Below, one piece after another: positions 48,901-61,100 of a stretch of 64,000 nt of DNA. This DNA comes from Geosiphon pyriformis uo1 (lineage: Eukaryota; Fungi; Glomeromycota), in the NCBI GenBank assembly GCA_016748015.1, contig JAAOMT010000586.1, forward strand, positions 476,293 through 540,292, given 5' to 3'. The notes below the pieces were generated by a model that saw nothing but the letters and a program-made list of their open reading frames with translations, was not told the DNA's origin and did not search any database. Made by a program: the position numbers and the translations under genes. Position 1 is the stretch's first letter; each line of letters starts with the position of its first letter.

Positions 48901-51900
48901 AAAGTACTGTATGCAGCAGAAATCCTATCAGAGAGAACCTTGGAAAGAATCTTGCGAGCTGTTTTGATCAAAGCAATAGAATGTGTGTTCGTCAGAACAC
49001 TCTCCTACTCATAAGGCTTGGGAATTATCGAAATCCAGGCCTCTTTCTATGGGCTGGGCACTGATTCACCAGCCAAGCAAGTGTTCAAAAGCACCAACAA
49101 CATCTTCAAGACAGACCTATCGCAATGTTTCCAAAGCTCATTTGAGATACCCGACAAACCAGCAGCTTTGCCATCAGGAAGGATGGAAACCACCCCAAAA
49201 AACTCATCAAAACCAATTAGACACATCACCTCTGAAAAAGCCTCATCAAAAACATACTCTAAAGGCCAATATTGGCAACACCATTTGCTTAACATATCAT
49301 TGACCACCCGACGTTTCCTAGTCCAACCCTCCATGATCACATCCACCTTGCTTATAACCTGATCAGGCTCCAAAACCAGCTCACTATCAACAACCAAGTG
49401 GTCAAGCACCACCTTACAAAATGAGTGCTCCAGCACACTCCTTATTGTATGATCTTTATTGACCTCAAAGCTTTCCATTCTCCTATCTATGGCTGATTTA
49501 ATGTTAGCCTCCTTGGCGTTCTGAGACTCAATAAGCTTAGATACACGATATGATTTCTGAGTGCTTGAGAGAGCAGAAAGAATATGACCAGAATCCATCA
49601 GATCCTGAACAAATAAAGCCTTAATACTGTCCAGAGAAGCCCAACAATCCATGAAAGAAGCAAAACCAACAACATTTTCCTTATGTGATGCCTTAATAAT
49701 CTTAAAAACCAAAAGCTCCAATTTGTGAAACTTTGAGGATTCTTTAGAGAAAACTCTATTAAAGTCCTTGAACTATTTTTTTTTGAAAGTACCATCAGCT
49801 GAAAACACCATGACCTCGCGAATAATGTCCCACATCACATCCAAATCTGAGAATTTTACAGAAGTGACAAACTCATCTGAGAACATTGCTGCATTGGCTA
49901 AAGTGGCACTTCTGAAATCATCCCATTTACTTTCATTAGCATTCCTAATGTTAAACTTCCATCAATCTCTATTTGCCTGCCTATGAAGAGAGTTCAAATG
50001 CATATCCAAAAGCCCACCCAAACCCACAAACACACAAACCACTTGATGATTAGTATCAAAATACTCACAAACATCCAAAACGTCTTGGCTCACTATTGCA
50101 TTGACCAAATTTGACGAAATAAACACATAATCAATAATTCTTACAACACCTCTTGAATTTCTCCAGGTAGAACTTTTTGCCAATGAATTCTCTGCCAGAG
50201 AATTGACCATCCCCAAATCCAAACACTTCTTAAAACTAGTACACCTACGAAAGCCATCTTCATTGAAATCACCACCCAAAACAACAAAAGAAGACTCATT
50301 CACAGCCCTAGCTATCAGGAAATTGACTTCACCGGCTTGAGAGAAATGGGCTGCCAGAGAGACACCAGCATAAAGCCCCAAAATCAATACCAAAAGTTTG
50401 TTTTTAAAAAGCAACTTAATTGAAAGAAGCTAACCAGACACCTCAGAAACCTTACACACATGGCAAGCCAGAGAATTGTCCACAACAATAGCAACACCTG
50501 AACCCAGATTACCAGAATTTTGATCTGAAGTAAAGACTCGAACACCATCAAACCTAGTTGCAATCTATGGACGGACCTTACCCTTTAGCTTGGTTTCGGT
50601 AACAGTAGAAATCAAATTGTTCATATCCTTGTGCCAATGAATAACATCTTTCTGCTTAGCAGGATTGTTTATACCTCTGACATTACACGTGGTAATTTTC
50701 TAAATTAAGTGAGTTATTGAGAAGACAGGAGAACTGACAAACCCGAACCAGAGCACAAAATATTTAACTTATCTAAAACTGAACCAACCAAGGCCTCCAA
50801 AGCAATCAATTTTGTTTCCAAACCACTCACTTTGGCAGTGAGGACTTTGGAACTACTAGAGCTGAGCTCAACAACAGCATCATGAACGACGGACGGAGGA
50901 GTACCAGACAAGACCAAGGCAGTATCCATAATCATATCAGAATCCACATTAGAAGTCAAAGTTTCAAAAACAGCAGGAAGAAGGCTCAGAGAAGAGGTCG
51001 CCACAGGAACCAAATCAATGGATTCCAGTCGAACCAAAATGCCAGAAACGCAGTCAGTCAAAAGCTCCAAAGAGTGTTCCAAAATTGCCAGCCGGTCATT
51101 CAAATGAAAAATGGTAGAAAAATCAGTTACCATTGAAAAAGGAACCAAACCAGAATGCAAACCAGCACCAACTAAACCAGAGGAAATCACACAAGAAGGA
51201 GAGCCACCAACAACTTGGGCCCATGTTTTACCACCAAATGAGACCGGATGAGCAATAGGAGCCGACTTTTTCTTATATATTTCAGTCAGACGAATCCGAT
51301 TTTGATCAAAAATCACCCTCTTCCCACGAACACCAGAATTCACACCCAAAGAACAGTTGATCATAACATGACTGAATTGTTTACAACAAGTGCAACTGGC
51401 CAAAGAAAGACCAGCCCAATGCAAACTTACACCTTTGAAAACTGGAACAGTACCAATAGCAGCCAACTTGGATGCCTCATTACCAAAACAAATTACAGTA
51501 CATCTATTACGAACATATGAATTAGGATTACGGCCAATGTAACAAGTCTTCCCACCATATGATTCCAACAAACTAGAGAGATCATGGGCATTGGTGCCAA
51601 CCAGAAGAGTATAAAGCAAAGCCTGATGCTGATCTCTCGATACTCACATTTGTTTATCATTGATTGCCAAAGCCACACACATTGAATCCTTTCCCACGAA
51701 GACCGACCATTTAGAAGCAACCAGATTAGCTACTTCAGATGATTCAAATTTGACCAAGGCCTTTTGCCAAAGACCAATCAGCTGCATTTTGATTGACACA
51801 ATTTTTCCAAATTTAGAAAACACTGCCTCAACCACAGATTTGAGAAGATTGACAGAGATTTTCTTGATTATCACCTCCTGATCTGAATGACTGTTTACTC

Positions 51901-52790
51901 TTCTGAGATTATTATTTATCATGATTTTTTCACTGATCGCCATAACTTTTGCCCTGTCCAAACTCAATTCAGAAGTGAATGTAGATTTTATTATGCCAGG
52001 AAATTTTGAGGAAGTCGAAGCTCCCCCAAATCCATCAATTCAATAAAAGATTTTTTTAATTGCCATCAACTTATCAACATTTGTCTTCTCAGGTACTGCC
52101 GAAACCTCAATATCTAATGTGAAAGATTTTATTGGCTCAAAGCTTTACTTTTCCATAGCACGTGACTTGACAGACAGGATTTGATTGGAGCCATTAAACA
52201 TTTTTGGAGACGGAAGACTAAGTGCATTCTCATCATCACTCATGGAGTCAAACATTGGAGCTTTCGGAGATTTGCTTAGCATGTAAGTACGGGTCCGGGT
52301 TTTTCTCGATGTAGCCTCATTTATTTTGTTGTTATTACCAGATTCTATGTAGCTTGTTTCTTCAGCAATAGTGTTTGCCATATTCTCTAGATTCAACACC
52401 CCACTCATGCTTGACTCGTTGTTTTCGACTTCGCTTCCCCAAGATACCTTATATTCTTCATTGCCCGAATGTAACAAAGCAACAGGCAGAGAGCCAGCAG
52501 ATGAGTCCACAACTCTGCCAGCAACTTTAGGTTTCCTAGGTTTCTTATATGACGAACCACGAGAGTAGACACTCTCAATTCGCGTCTTTTTTTTGGTGCC
52601 AGACTGGGTCCCCAACCCAGTCGATCCAGAACCAGAACCACCAGCAAACAAACTCGCCAGTTCCATGGCAACAAAGAGGGGCATATTAAGAGAAATAACT
52701 GAAGTAAAAAAGGGAAAAGGGAAAGGAAAAGCTATTTTATTAGCAAAAACTATGCTCTCGTCATGGGCAGGGGATTGACAAGAGAAAGAT
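45910..52790 (-). mobile_element. Near full-length LINE copy 2 (ORF1; ORF2 APE-RT-RNase H-zinc finger; 3' UTR; poly(A) tail), inactivated
   Basis: ORF1 52684-50714. ORF2 ~50717-46044 with VLGGDFNE and IDYVF (APE), LQNMKKTYD, GLDQGEVFS, AFVNDT and YLGI (RT), VYMDGS...SDSQSAL...HKVKGHSGVSGNECDD (RNase H), CLYCGNVESSNHVFFC. T-tract at ~45910-45930. Confidence 0.95.
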
Positions 52791-53009
52791 TTACTTAATA
52801 AATTTATAATTAATTTGTATATTTATTTAATAAAAATAGTTTATAAATTATTTATTGCTATTTAAAAGCATTTATATAATAAATAATATTTTAAAAATTT
52901 TTGTTTTTATTGTAAAAAAGTGAAGTTTTTGAATCATATTTTTATATATATATATATTAAATATTATAGTTTATATAAAATTATTAATAGATTTAATTGA
53001 ATTTTAAAA

Positions 53010-53210
53010 GTTGTTTACAAGTAAAGTTCTAATGTTTAGTTTAATTTGGTTTGAGTTCAATTAAATTATTAAATTAAACTAAATTTAAATTAAAATTTTG
53101 GCTAAATTTTGAACTTAAACTTGAATTAAACTTAAAATTACTAAATATAAACTAAATTTAAATTCAAATAACAAATTTAATTTAAGTTCAATTTAAAGGT
53201 TGTAAATATG
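53010..53210. mobile_element. Possible mutated MITE or DNA-transposon end with GAAC(T/C)-type subterminal repeats
   Basis: Periodic TTGAACTTAAACTTGAATTAAAC and TTTGAGTTCAA motifs in both orientations, bracketed by GTTTACAA...TTGTAAAT. Confidence 0.35.
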
Positions 53211-53369
53211 TTTAAATTTGATTATTAAAAATCTTATTATAAGAAAAAAAACTTTTTTTTTATTTATTTCAATAATTATTAAAGAATCTTAATTTTAATA
53301 AAGAAATTTTTTAGCTGTTTTTTTAATTATTTAGTTTAATATATCTAAACTATTTTTGTTTAACTATAA

Positions 53370-56300
53370 GATTGTTTTTGATAGAATATACCAGTGTAAA
53401 TTATGGCAAAAAAAATGTTTTAAATAATAAGAATTTAAACCAAATACCAAAAAAACTCAAATTAATGACCAAGAAGATTTTGAATATATTCTTAAAAAAA
53501 AAATTTTTCTAAATAATAATAATAATAATAATAATATCTTTTTGGATGCTTGTGTTTCTTATTTTTTATTTAAAAAATCTGGTTAATATATTTATTAAGA
53601 AATCTTTTGCTTTAAATATTATTTTAAATAAGATTGTTGGAAAATTATCTTAAAAAAACTTACAGTAATCAAAAAATTGTTTTTAAAAATCAATGATTTT
53701 GGAAGGGCATTTACTTTTTTAAAATTTGCTAAAATTATTAGAGTTATATTTATTTCTGAATTTAGCTTAACACAAACAACAGATTTGGTAAAGACTGAAA
53801 ATGTTTTTGTTAATTTTGATTTTAAAAAGTCTATTATGTACTTAAATTAGGCTGTGATTATTAAAAAAATACCAATTAAGACATTAGTTAAAATTGTATA
53901 TGTTGTACTATCTAATTTTGGTAAAATTAAGTCAATCAAAATATAATTGATAAGACTATAACAAAAAAACTATAATAAAATTTGATTAATCAAAACATAT
54001 TAATTTGATCACAATAAAATAGTCTATTTTGATTAAAAAAGATACTATATATATAGCTAAAGCTAATATGAACAAAAAAACATAAGATATAAAGAATTAT
54101 AATAAAATATTGCTCTATACTTTGTTTGTAAAAATAAATATTCATAATATTTGGAATTTTATTAGATTAATAAGTAAAAAAACATGTATTATATATTGTT
54201 ATTTTATTACATATGTTTAAGCCAAATATATAATTGTTTGTTTTGATTTTGTTAAATTATTAAATGCTGTTATAAGAACTATACCAAAGTTAAAAAACAC
54301 TAATCTATATTAGTCTTATTTAAGTTTGCTTAAATATATTAAATATAAAAAAATAAGTCATATATCAATTAAATGTGCTAATAATAAGAAAGTTTTTATA
54401 ATTAAATTTTCTTGCAAATTTTTTTTAGAGATAAATAAAAACAGACAAACTGCTATTTATGTCAAACAATTAGTCTTTATTACTTATTTGATGTCTTTTA
54501 ATAGTGTTTTTTGGGCAAATATTGTTGGTAGTTTTTTATTTTCTCTTTTTTTTGGACAAAATAGTTTGTTTAAAGTTGGTTTTTCTTTAGAAATAAAGTT
54601 TTTTTTATTAATTGTATTGGACATTAATAATAAATTTGCAGTTTTAAAACACAGTTTTGCTGGTCTTATAAAACAAATTAGTTAGTTAACAAAGAGATTA
54701 AATGTATTTGGACCAATAATTTTTCAGTCATGCTTTGAATATTAGCTATTAGTAATCCTTTTATTATAAAATTAAGAAATGAATATAGCAATAAATAAGA
54801 ATTTAGATGTAATTATTAGTAACAAAACCATAATATTAGAGAGTTTTTTATTATTTAAGAACATTATTAAATTAGAAATGTCTATAAATAATCTGTTAAA
54901 TATGGTTTTAAGTCTGTTGATTAAAGTTAACAATATTAATTTGAGTTCAAACACTTTTTTCTACCAATAATTAATTTTGTTTAAAAAATTACTATGTGTA
55001 ATATTAAAGATATTAATGTTTCTGCCAAACAGAAAAATGTTGTTTAATAATATAAAAATTTAAGTAATATGGTTTTTATTATTATGGAAATAAAATTAAA
55101 GTCTAATATTAGGTTATTAATTATAAACAAATTTAATAGAATACAGATCTTTATGTTTGGTTTAAATAAAAGTTTTTTTGGTGTTAGCATAATTATTATC
55201 ATAAATAATTTCTTGATTCAATATATTTTAAATGTAGAAAAGATTTTAAGTTAATTAATTTCAGTTTATATTTTATTTAAAAGCAGATTTTAGTTATAGT
55301 TTTGAGTCTATATGCTAATACTTCTGTAAAAATTAAGTTTAAACAGACTTTAAAAATTAAATTTTTATTGTTAAAGCAGTTAATTCTAACATTTTTGTAG
55401 TTTTAAAAAAAAATTTTAATAAAAATAGATTTAAAAAAATACAAGTTTTAAATTTTGTTTAAATTTAGGTTTGGTTAATTCTTTTAATAACCATTTTTTG
55501 GTTAAAGCTTTTACTTAAAACAACTTTAAAAGTGTCAAAAAAGGCATAGATTATATTTTTGTAAACAATAATTTAATATCTGTAATTATAAGTTATGAGT
55601 TAATATTATGTCTGAGTTTTTTAATACTAATTACAAAACAGTCTTAGTTTTGATTGGTTTAAATAGTTTTTTGGATGTTTATTTTAATAATATTTGTAAA
55701 CAAGCCAATAAAAATTAATAAAAGTTCAAAATAAAAGATATAGATAAAATTAAATAAACATGTTTTAAGAAATGCTTTTTTATCAAACTGTTAAAAATAT
55801 TAAGTATGTTGTTACAAATGATTATTTAAGGTCTCAAATCAAATAACAAACTCGTAATTTGGTGCTAATTTGCTTGATGTCATTGGTAATATCTGAAGGT
55901 TTTAGTGTATTAAAAATTTTGATTAAGTTCTTTATATAATGAACAGAAATTTAATAGTTGTTTTTAGTAGCCTCCTGGAATCACAATTCCATCAATTTTT
56001 TTTTGGCTTGGTGGCTGGCAATTCTCTGGTAAGCAATTCTTAATTTCTAGTGTTTTATCCTCTCACTTGAAGTTTTTTACCAGACAATCTTTGATGTTAA
56101 TAACTTAGTACTTAATCTTTAATCAATTAGTAAATAGCAAAAAACAACAAAAAAAAAATAAAAAAAATAAAAAAAAATGCAAAATATTGAAGCCAAGACA
56201 ATTAAGTTAGTATTTTGTCAATAACTGTAATCAAAAGCTATTGTTTTAGTATGGTCAAGTATGAGTTACTATTAATATAAAGTGTTAATAGTAAATAATT

Positions 56301-56750
56301 GGATTGATATAATTAATAAGTATATTTATTGATAATATAAATAAATAAATATTAACTAAGAAGTAGAATCCAGATGTCTTTTCTGCTTCTAATATTACTG
56401 CTATATATACAGAATTGAGATTCTTTAATTTTTCAATTTTTTGTACCAGGAATCTTGGAATTTCTGAAATTCTGCAATTCTTCGAAAGGAATCCTAAGAT
56501 TCTGGAATTCTTTATTTTATTATGTTTACTTCTAATTGGCTAATTTATATACTAATATAATTTCTATATTTTATGAATAACAATATTTATAGAAGTAAAA
56601 ATTTTGGTAAATTAGATACAATATAAAAGATATTGAGAAAAATTATAATATATTTGGCTAATGTGATGTTTTTTAGATATTGGTATAGTAAATATAATTG
56701 CTTAAAAAACAGATAGTCATTAAGGTTTTTTAAATTAAAACTGCTTATTT
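53370..56750 (+). mobile_element. LINE copy 3, very heavily mutated (ORF1 and APE region), interrupted by a solo LTR
   Basis: Residual peptides such as FGKIKSIKI, MSFNSVFWANIVG, FAVLKHSFAGLIKQIS and METKLK-like MEIKLK are colinear with LINE copies 1 and 2. Confidence 0.8.
55810..56582 (-). repeat. Solo B-type LTR with 4-bp TSD ATGT/ATAT
   Basis: TGTTACAAATGATTATTT...TTTTATGAATAACA; similar to 15663-16609. Confidence 0.85.
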
Positions 56751-57090
56751 TTTATTATTATTATTAATTTTAATGAGCAAAGTCCAAACACTGTCTAGTG
56801 ATAATACATCAAAATAAAGATTTATACTAGGTGTGAATCATGTTTTTTCTACACGTGATTAGCCACTCAAGCCAACCAGAACTACACTATACACCTATGT
56901 ACACAGAAACCAAATTACTTATATCTGAAAAAAACTGACAGGAACTACACAATCCAAAGCTAACATCAAATGCATTGTCAATACCAAACAATTTAATTAC
57001 ATAGGCCAAAAGTGTCAACATGTCACCAAACACTGAGATAGAAATCAAACCATGTTTCTTTATAAAAGCACGATGTTTGGAGCAGACCAG
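56750..57090 (-). mobile_element. 3' end of LINE copy 4 (ORF2 tail, 3' UTR, poly(A)), interrupted by element A3
   Basis: 56775-56890 matches the LINE copy 2 3' UTR at 45930-46045 (TATACTAGG(C/T)GTGAATCATG, TCTACA(C/T)GTGA). Confidence 0.8.
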
Positions 57091-58066
57091 TGTTACCAGA
57101 CAAAATTAGAGATATTATTTAGCATGAAATTATCTTATAATTCTTATCATTAATTAGCATATATTATCGTTCCAAATGATCACTTATCACATTAGCAAAA
57201 ATGTCCGAAATTATCATTTAATTAATAACTCAAATTGTACACAACACAAATGTAACCTAATTGTGATGATTAATCATGTAATACCCCGAACTATGTAACA
57301 TTCAGTTCGTCGAAATTTGTAGAAATTCACCGAAATAATTGATAGTTCACCGAAATATCTAATAGTTCGCCAAAATAACTTGTAGTTCACCAAAATGTAT
57401 CTTTAGTTCAGCGAAATTGTAGAAAATAGCAAAGTTCAAGTTCATAGAATAGTGTTATAACAAGTTGTATAAAAGAAGAGCTTCTCTCTTCGAGAAAATA
57501 TATCTTACTTTAGATTTATCTCTTAAAACTGTTCTTATACACACAAAAAGAAATAAATATCAAATAATTCGAAAAACCAAATTCTTTAATTATTGTACTT
57601 GGAAAATCCCCAAAAACCCAACTAACATTTCGAAATTGATTAGCTACCAATTTCAGTAAACTGTTAGTGACTCCAGGCCTGGATAGAAAACGTTTCCCTT
57701 GATAAGATCCTATTTCTTTTACACTTCTTTTATTTTTCTTTTTTTTCTTATTACAATCATTAGGGTAGCCTACAGACGAGATTCCTATAGAAGAGTTGAC
57801 TTTTACAGCAAAGTAACTACACATTTTTAGTGATCTTCCAGACGAGCAATTCCTGGAAAAGAGTTGACGTTTACTACAACATAACTACATAAAGCAACTG
57901 GCATGGAATTGGCCATTCCACTTATAAGCCCAGCAGTTCAAATTATAGAAGATAATTTGAAGATAAATTCAGTTACTGGAGGTTCAACCACATCCAGAAA
58001 ATGTGAATTCACAGCAAATAAGTATTAACAACATTACAGAAAAGAGACCAAAAACCTCCAGTAACA
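57091..58066 (+). repeat. Family A 5' LTR (976 bp)
   Basis: TGTTACCAG...CCAGTAACA; TATAAAA at ~57468; matches the two other copies. Confidence 0.95.
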
Positions 58067-58068
58067 TT

Positions 58069-58086
58069 TGGTGCTCTCCCACGGAA
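58069..58086 (+). promoter_or_regulatory. Primer-binding site TGGTGCTCTCCCACGGAA
   Basis: 2 nt after the LTR; complement of a tRNA 3' end (CCA, discriminator A, acceptor strand, T-stem). Confidence 0.85.
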
Positions 58087-58111
58087 ATAACACAGCAAAA
58101 ACAAATTCAAA

Positions 58112-61100
58112 GTGGCGACCACACCAGCCGCAACAACTCTAGAGTATTACCAATCAATTTACACCCACTGCAAGCAAAGATTCAACATTCCAGACGGAAT
58201 TGAAGTTGTCAAGAAATCAGTATACCAATACATTGAAAACTGCATCAACAATTATCTTTTTGGAAATTATAATATCTCAGAAGTTAAAAGCAACCTTTAC
58301 AATAATTTAGTACACTATTCACAGTTGGGAACTGAAGACCTTAATAGTGAAACACTTGCCACTTACTTTCATGAACTTAATTTTAACATTATCAAATACT
58401 GTGAAAAAACATATCCAGTGCAGTCTCAATACACTATTGATTTTGAATCAGAAACAGAAACAAGCAACAAAGGCAAAAACAAATTAAAGCAATATTCAAG
58501 AACCACTCCAAATACTCCAACACTACCGAAAACAACTGCCAAACATTTACAAACACCTGAACAAGAAACCAGTTCAAAACTTCCACTTACTATCACACCT
58601 TTTCCAGCTTCACTTGCACAAGCACAAACACCTAATTCACCCTTGAATCGATTTACAAGACCAAAAGATTTTACATCACTCAGAAGTTCTACCAAACAAC
58701 AAAAACCCCTTCAAACTAGTTCCAATCTCCTTGATTTTCTAGCTGAAAATCAAAGTAAACACTCTGAGACAGCAGCAAACGAAGAAAACAACTCTGAAAT
58801 AACCGAAGAAGAATCAATAGACAGTGAAAATGAAGAAAACGAAATGACAACATACATCGCAAAAATTCCTGAATTCAATGGAGAAGATATTGAGACCAGT
58901 TCCCAAGAATGGCTTGACCAAGTTACTAAAGCTGGAGATGCAAATGAATGGAATGCTGCCAGAATGTTAAGAACAATTTCTTACTTTCTCAAAGGAACAG
59001 CAGGAGAATGGTTTGAAAATCTTGCCGCCCCATTCAATGATTGGAATGCTTTCAAAGCAGCCTTCCTTGAACAGTTCACTAACAATAATACCTCCATCAC
59101 TCTTTGCAATCGTTTTCGAAATATCAAACAAGAACCCTCCAAATCCGTTATGACTTATATTGGGAAATTCAACAAACTTCTTAGACGGATTCGCCAACTC
59201 AAGACAAACAATTATTATTCCGATGCTCAAATCTTGGATCAATTTATTGCTGGTTTAAAAGATAAACTAATTAAAAAGGTTCGCCCACATGTGCCAGAAG
59301 ATTTAAACTCTGCAATACAGCACACGAAAAGATACGAAATGGTCATAGAAGAAGCCAATTATACAAAACTTGTAAATTTGGCAATTGGAGAAACCAGTTC
59401 AGCAGCTGAAGAAAAAATTGACCAACTCACAAAGAAAGTCGAAAACTATTTTACCAACCAACAACAACAACTCCAAAGATATCAACCACCCCAAAGACAA
59501 AATCAAAATAACTTTGCACCATTTTCCAATAACCAGCCCCAAAATTGCCATTACTGTGGAATCTCTGGCCACTGGAAAAGAGATTGCAGAAAGCTGCAAC
59601 AAGACCAATAAAATAGGAGTAATCAACGTTACTCTCAACTACAGCAATCTTATTATCAACCATCACCATCAGCTTACTATCCACTAAGACCCCAATACCA
59701 AAATAACTATTATCAGCCCGCTCCACAACCAATCCAACAGCAATACCAACAACCACCCACACAACATTATCAAGTACCTGCTCGAAGACTGATTACACAA
59801 AATCAATTCACACCACAAAACCGATACCAAGTAAACAACAGTAGAATCAGTTCGAACAACCAATTGGTTCCCTGAAATACCACTCAATCAAGACCTAACC
59901 ATTACCACACTCAACCCAGTTATTTAACAATGCTGGAAGAACAGGATTTTCATCATACTGTACTCTCGGAAGGTAGAGCTGCAGCACAACAACAACAAAA
60001 CCCTTCTCATAACCACACCACTATTCCACCAGCCCAAATTACTGAAAATGCCAATCTCTCTGATATCTTTCCTTTTGAATTTGAAGCAAATGAATCACCG
60101 TTCTTGCTTAGCAATGCAGCGGCTAATGAGCAAAAAGCCATCACTGCAATGTATGCAAAAGCTGAAGTAGAAGGAAAGCCAATTCGCTTGATCCTAGACA
60201 GTGGATCCGCCAGAAGCATTATTACCTACCAGTTAATGCAACAGTTGAAAAGAAATGTCGACCAACCAGCTCAAACAGTAATCATCATTGCCAATGGCAT
60301 GAAAAAGACACCAGTAGGAGAAATTGACAATTTTCCATTCACTCTTGATGGAATCATCATTCCAGTCAAAGTTCTTGTAATGGACACACTCCAGTACCAA
60401 GCTCTTGTCGGAAATGATTGGCTTCAAAAAGCCAATGCTAATCTGAATTGGGAAACACAAGAGTTAACAATCTCCTACCAAGGACAACACGCCCGAGTAC
60501 CTGCCATTTGTAGTACATTCAACAAATGCTCTAAAAAAGCCCCGGCTTTTGAATTTGAACCAAAAGAAGAAAAACCAATAATCAAAACATTCATGGCTCT
60601 TGGATCAACGTCCAACTGGGCTGATGAAACAGAACAAGAACATTTTACCCCACACACTAAACCCGAAACCTCTGGATAGAATATACCTTACTCAAAACCC
60701 GAACCAAGAAAACAACGCCCCTATATTCCCCTTAAATGTAAGGACTACCACAAGAAACTATCATCAATGGGAGCCTGCATTTCACCTGAAGAAGAATATG
60801 AGAATCACACTTGTTATTACTGCAAGGCTTACTACAGAGAGCGATGGGGCCATCTAATAAAAAGAAGCGGAAAATAGGACAACACCCCTTGTTTGACTTG
60901 TGGAGATATGCTATCAGAAAAATGCAATTGGATTGATGTAGCAATGAGAGGAGGTGTCTGCAATCAAACCTGCCAATATGCTTTATCAATTTCAGAAAAA
61001 GTAAAAAGAGGAACACTCTTTAATACAGCATACAACAGTGTTTTCAACAAACTTTATCACTACCCTCATGATGCCAAGATAATTTTCGACTTAGCAATGG

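Noticed and set aside
57305-57417. CRISPR-like repeat-spacer pattern
   Set aside because: 12-bp repeats with 8-bp spacers inside a eukaryotic LTR, and no cas genes.
59609-59611. Programmed gag/pol stop or frameshift in family A
   Set aside because: The TAA is CAA in copy A1 and the downstream frame is unchanged, so it is a mutation.
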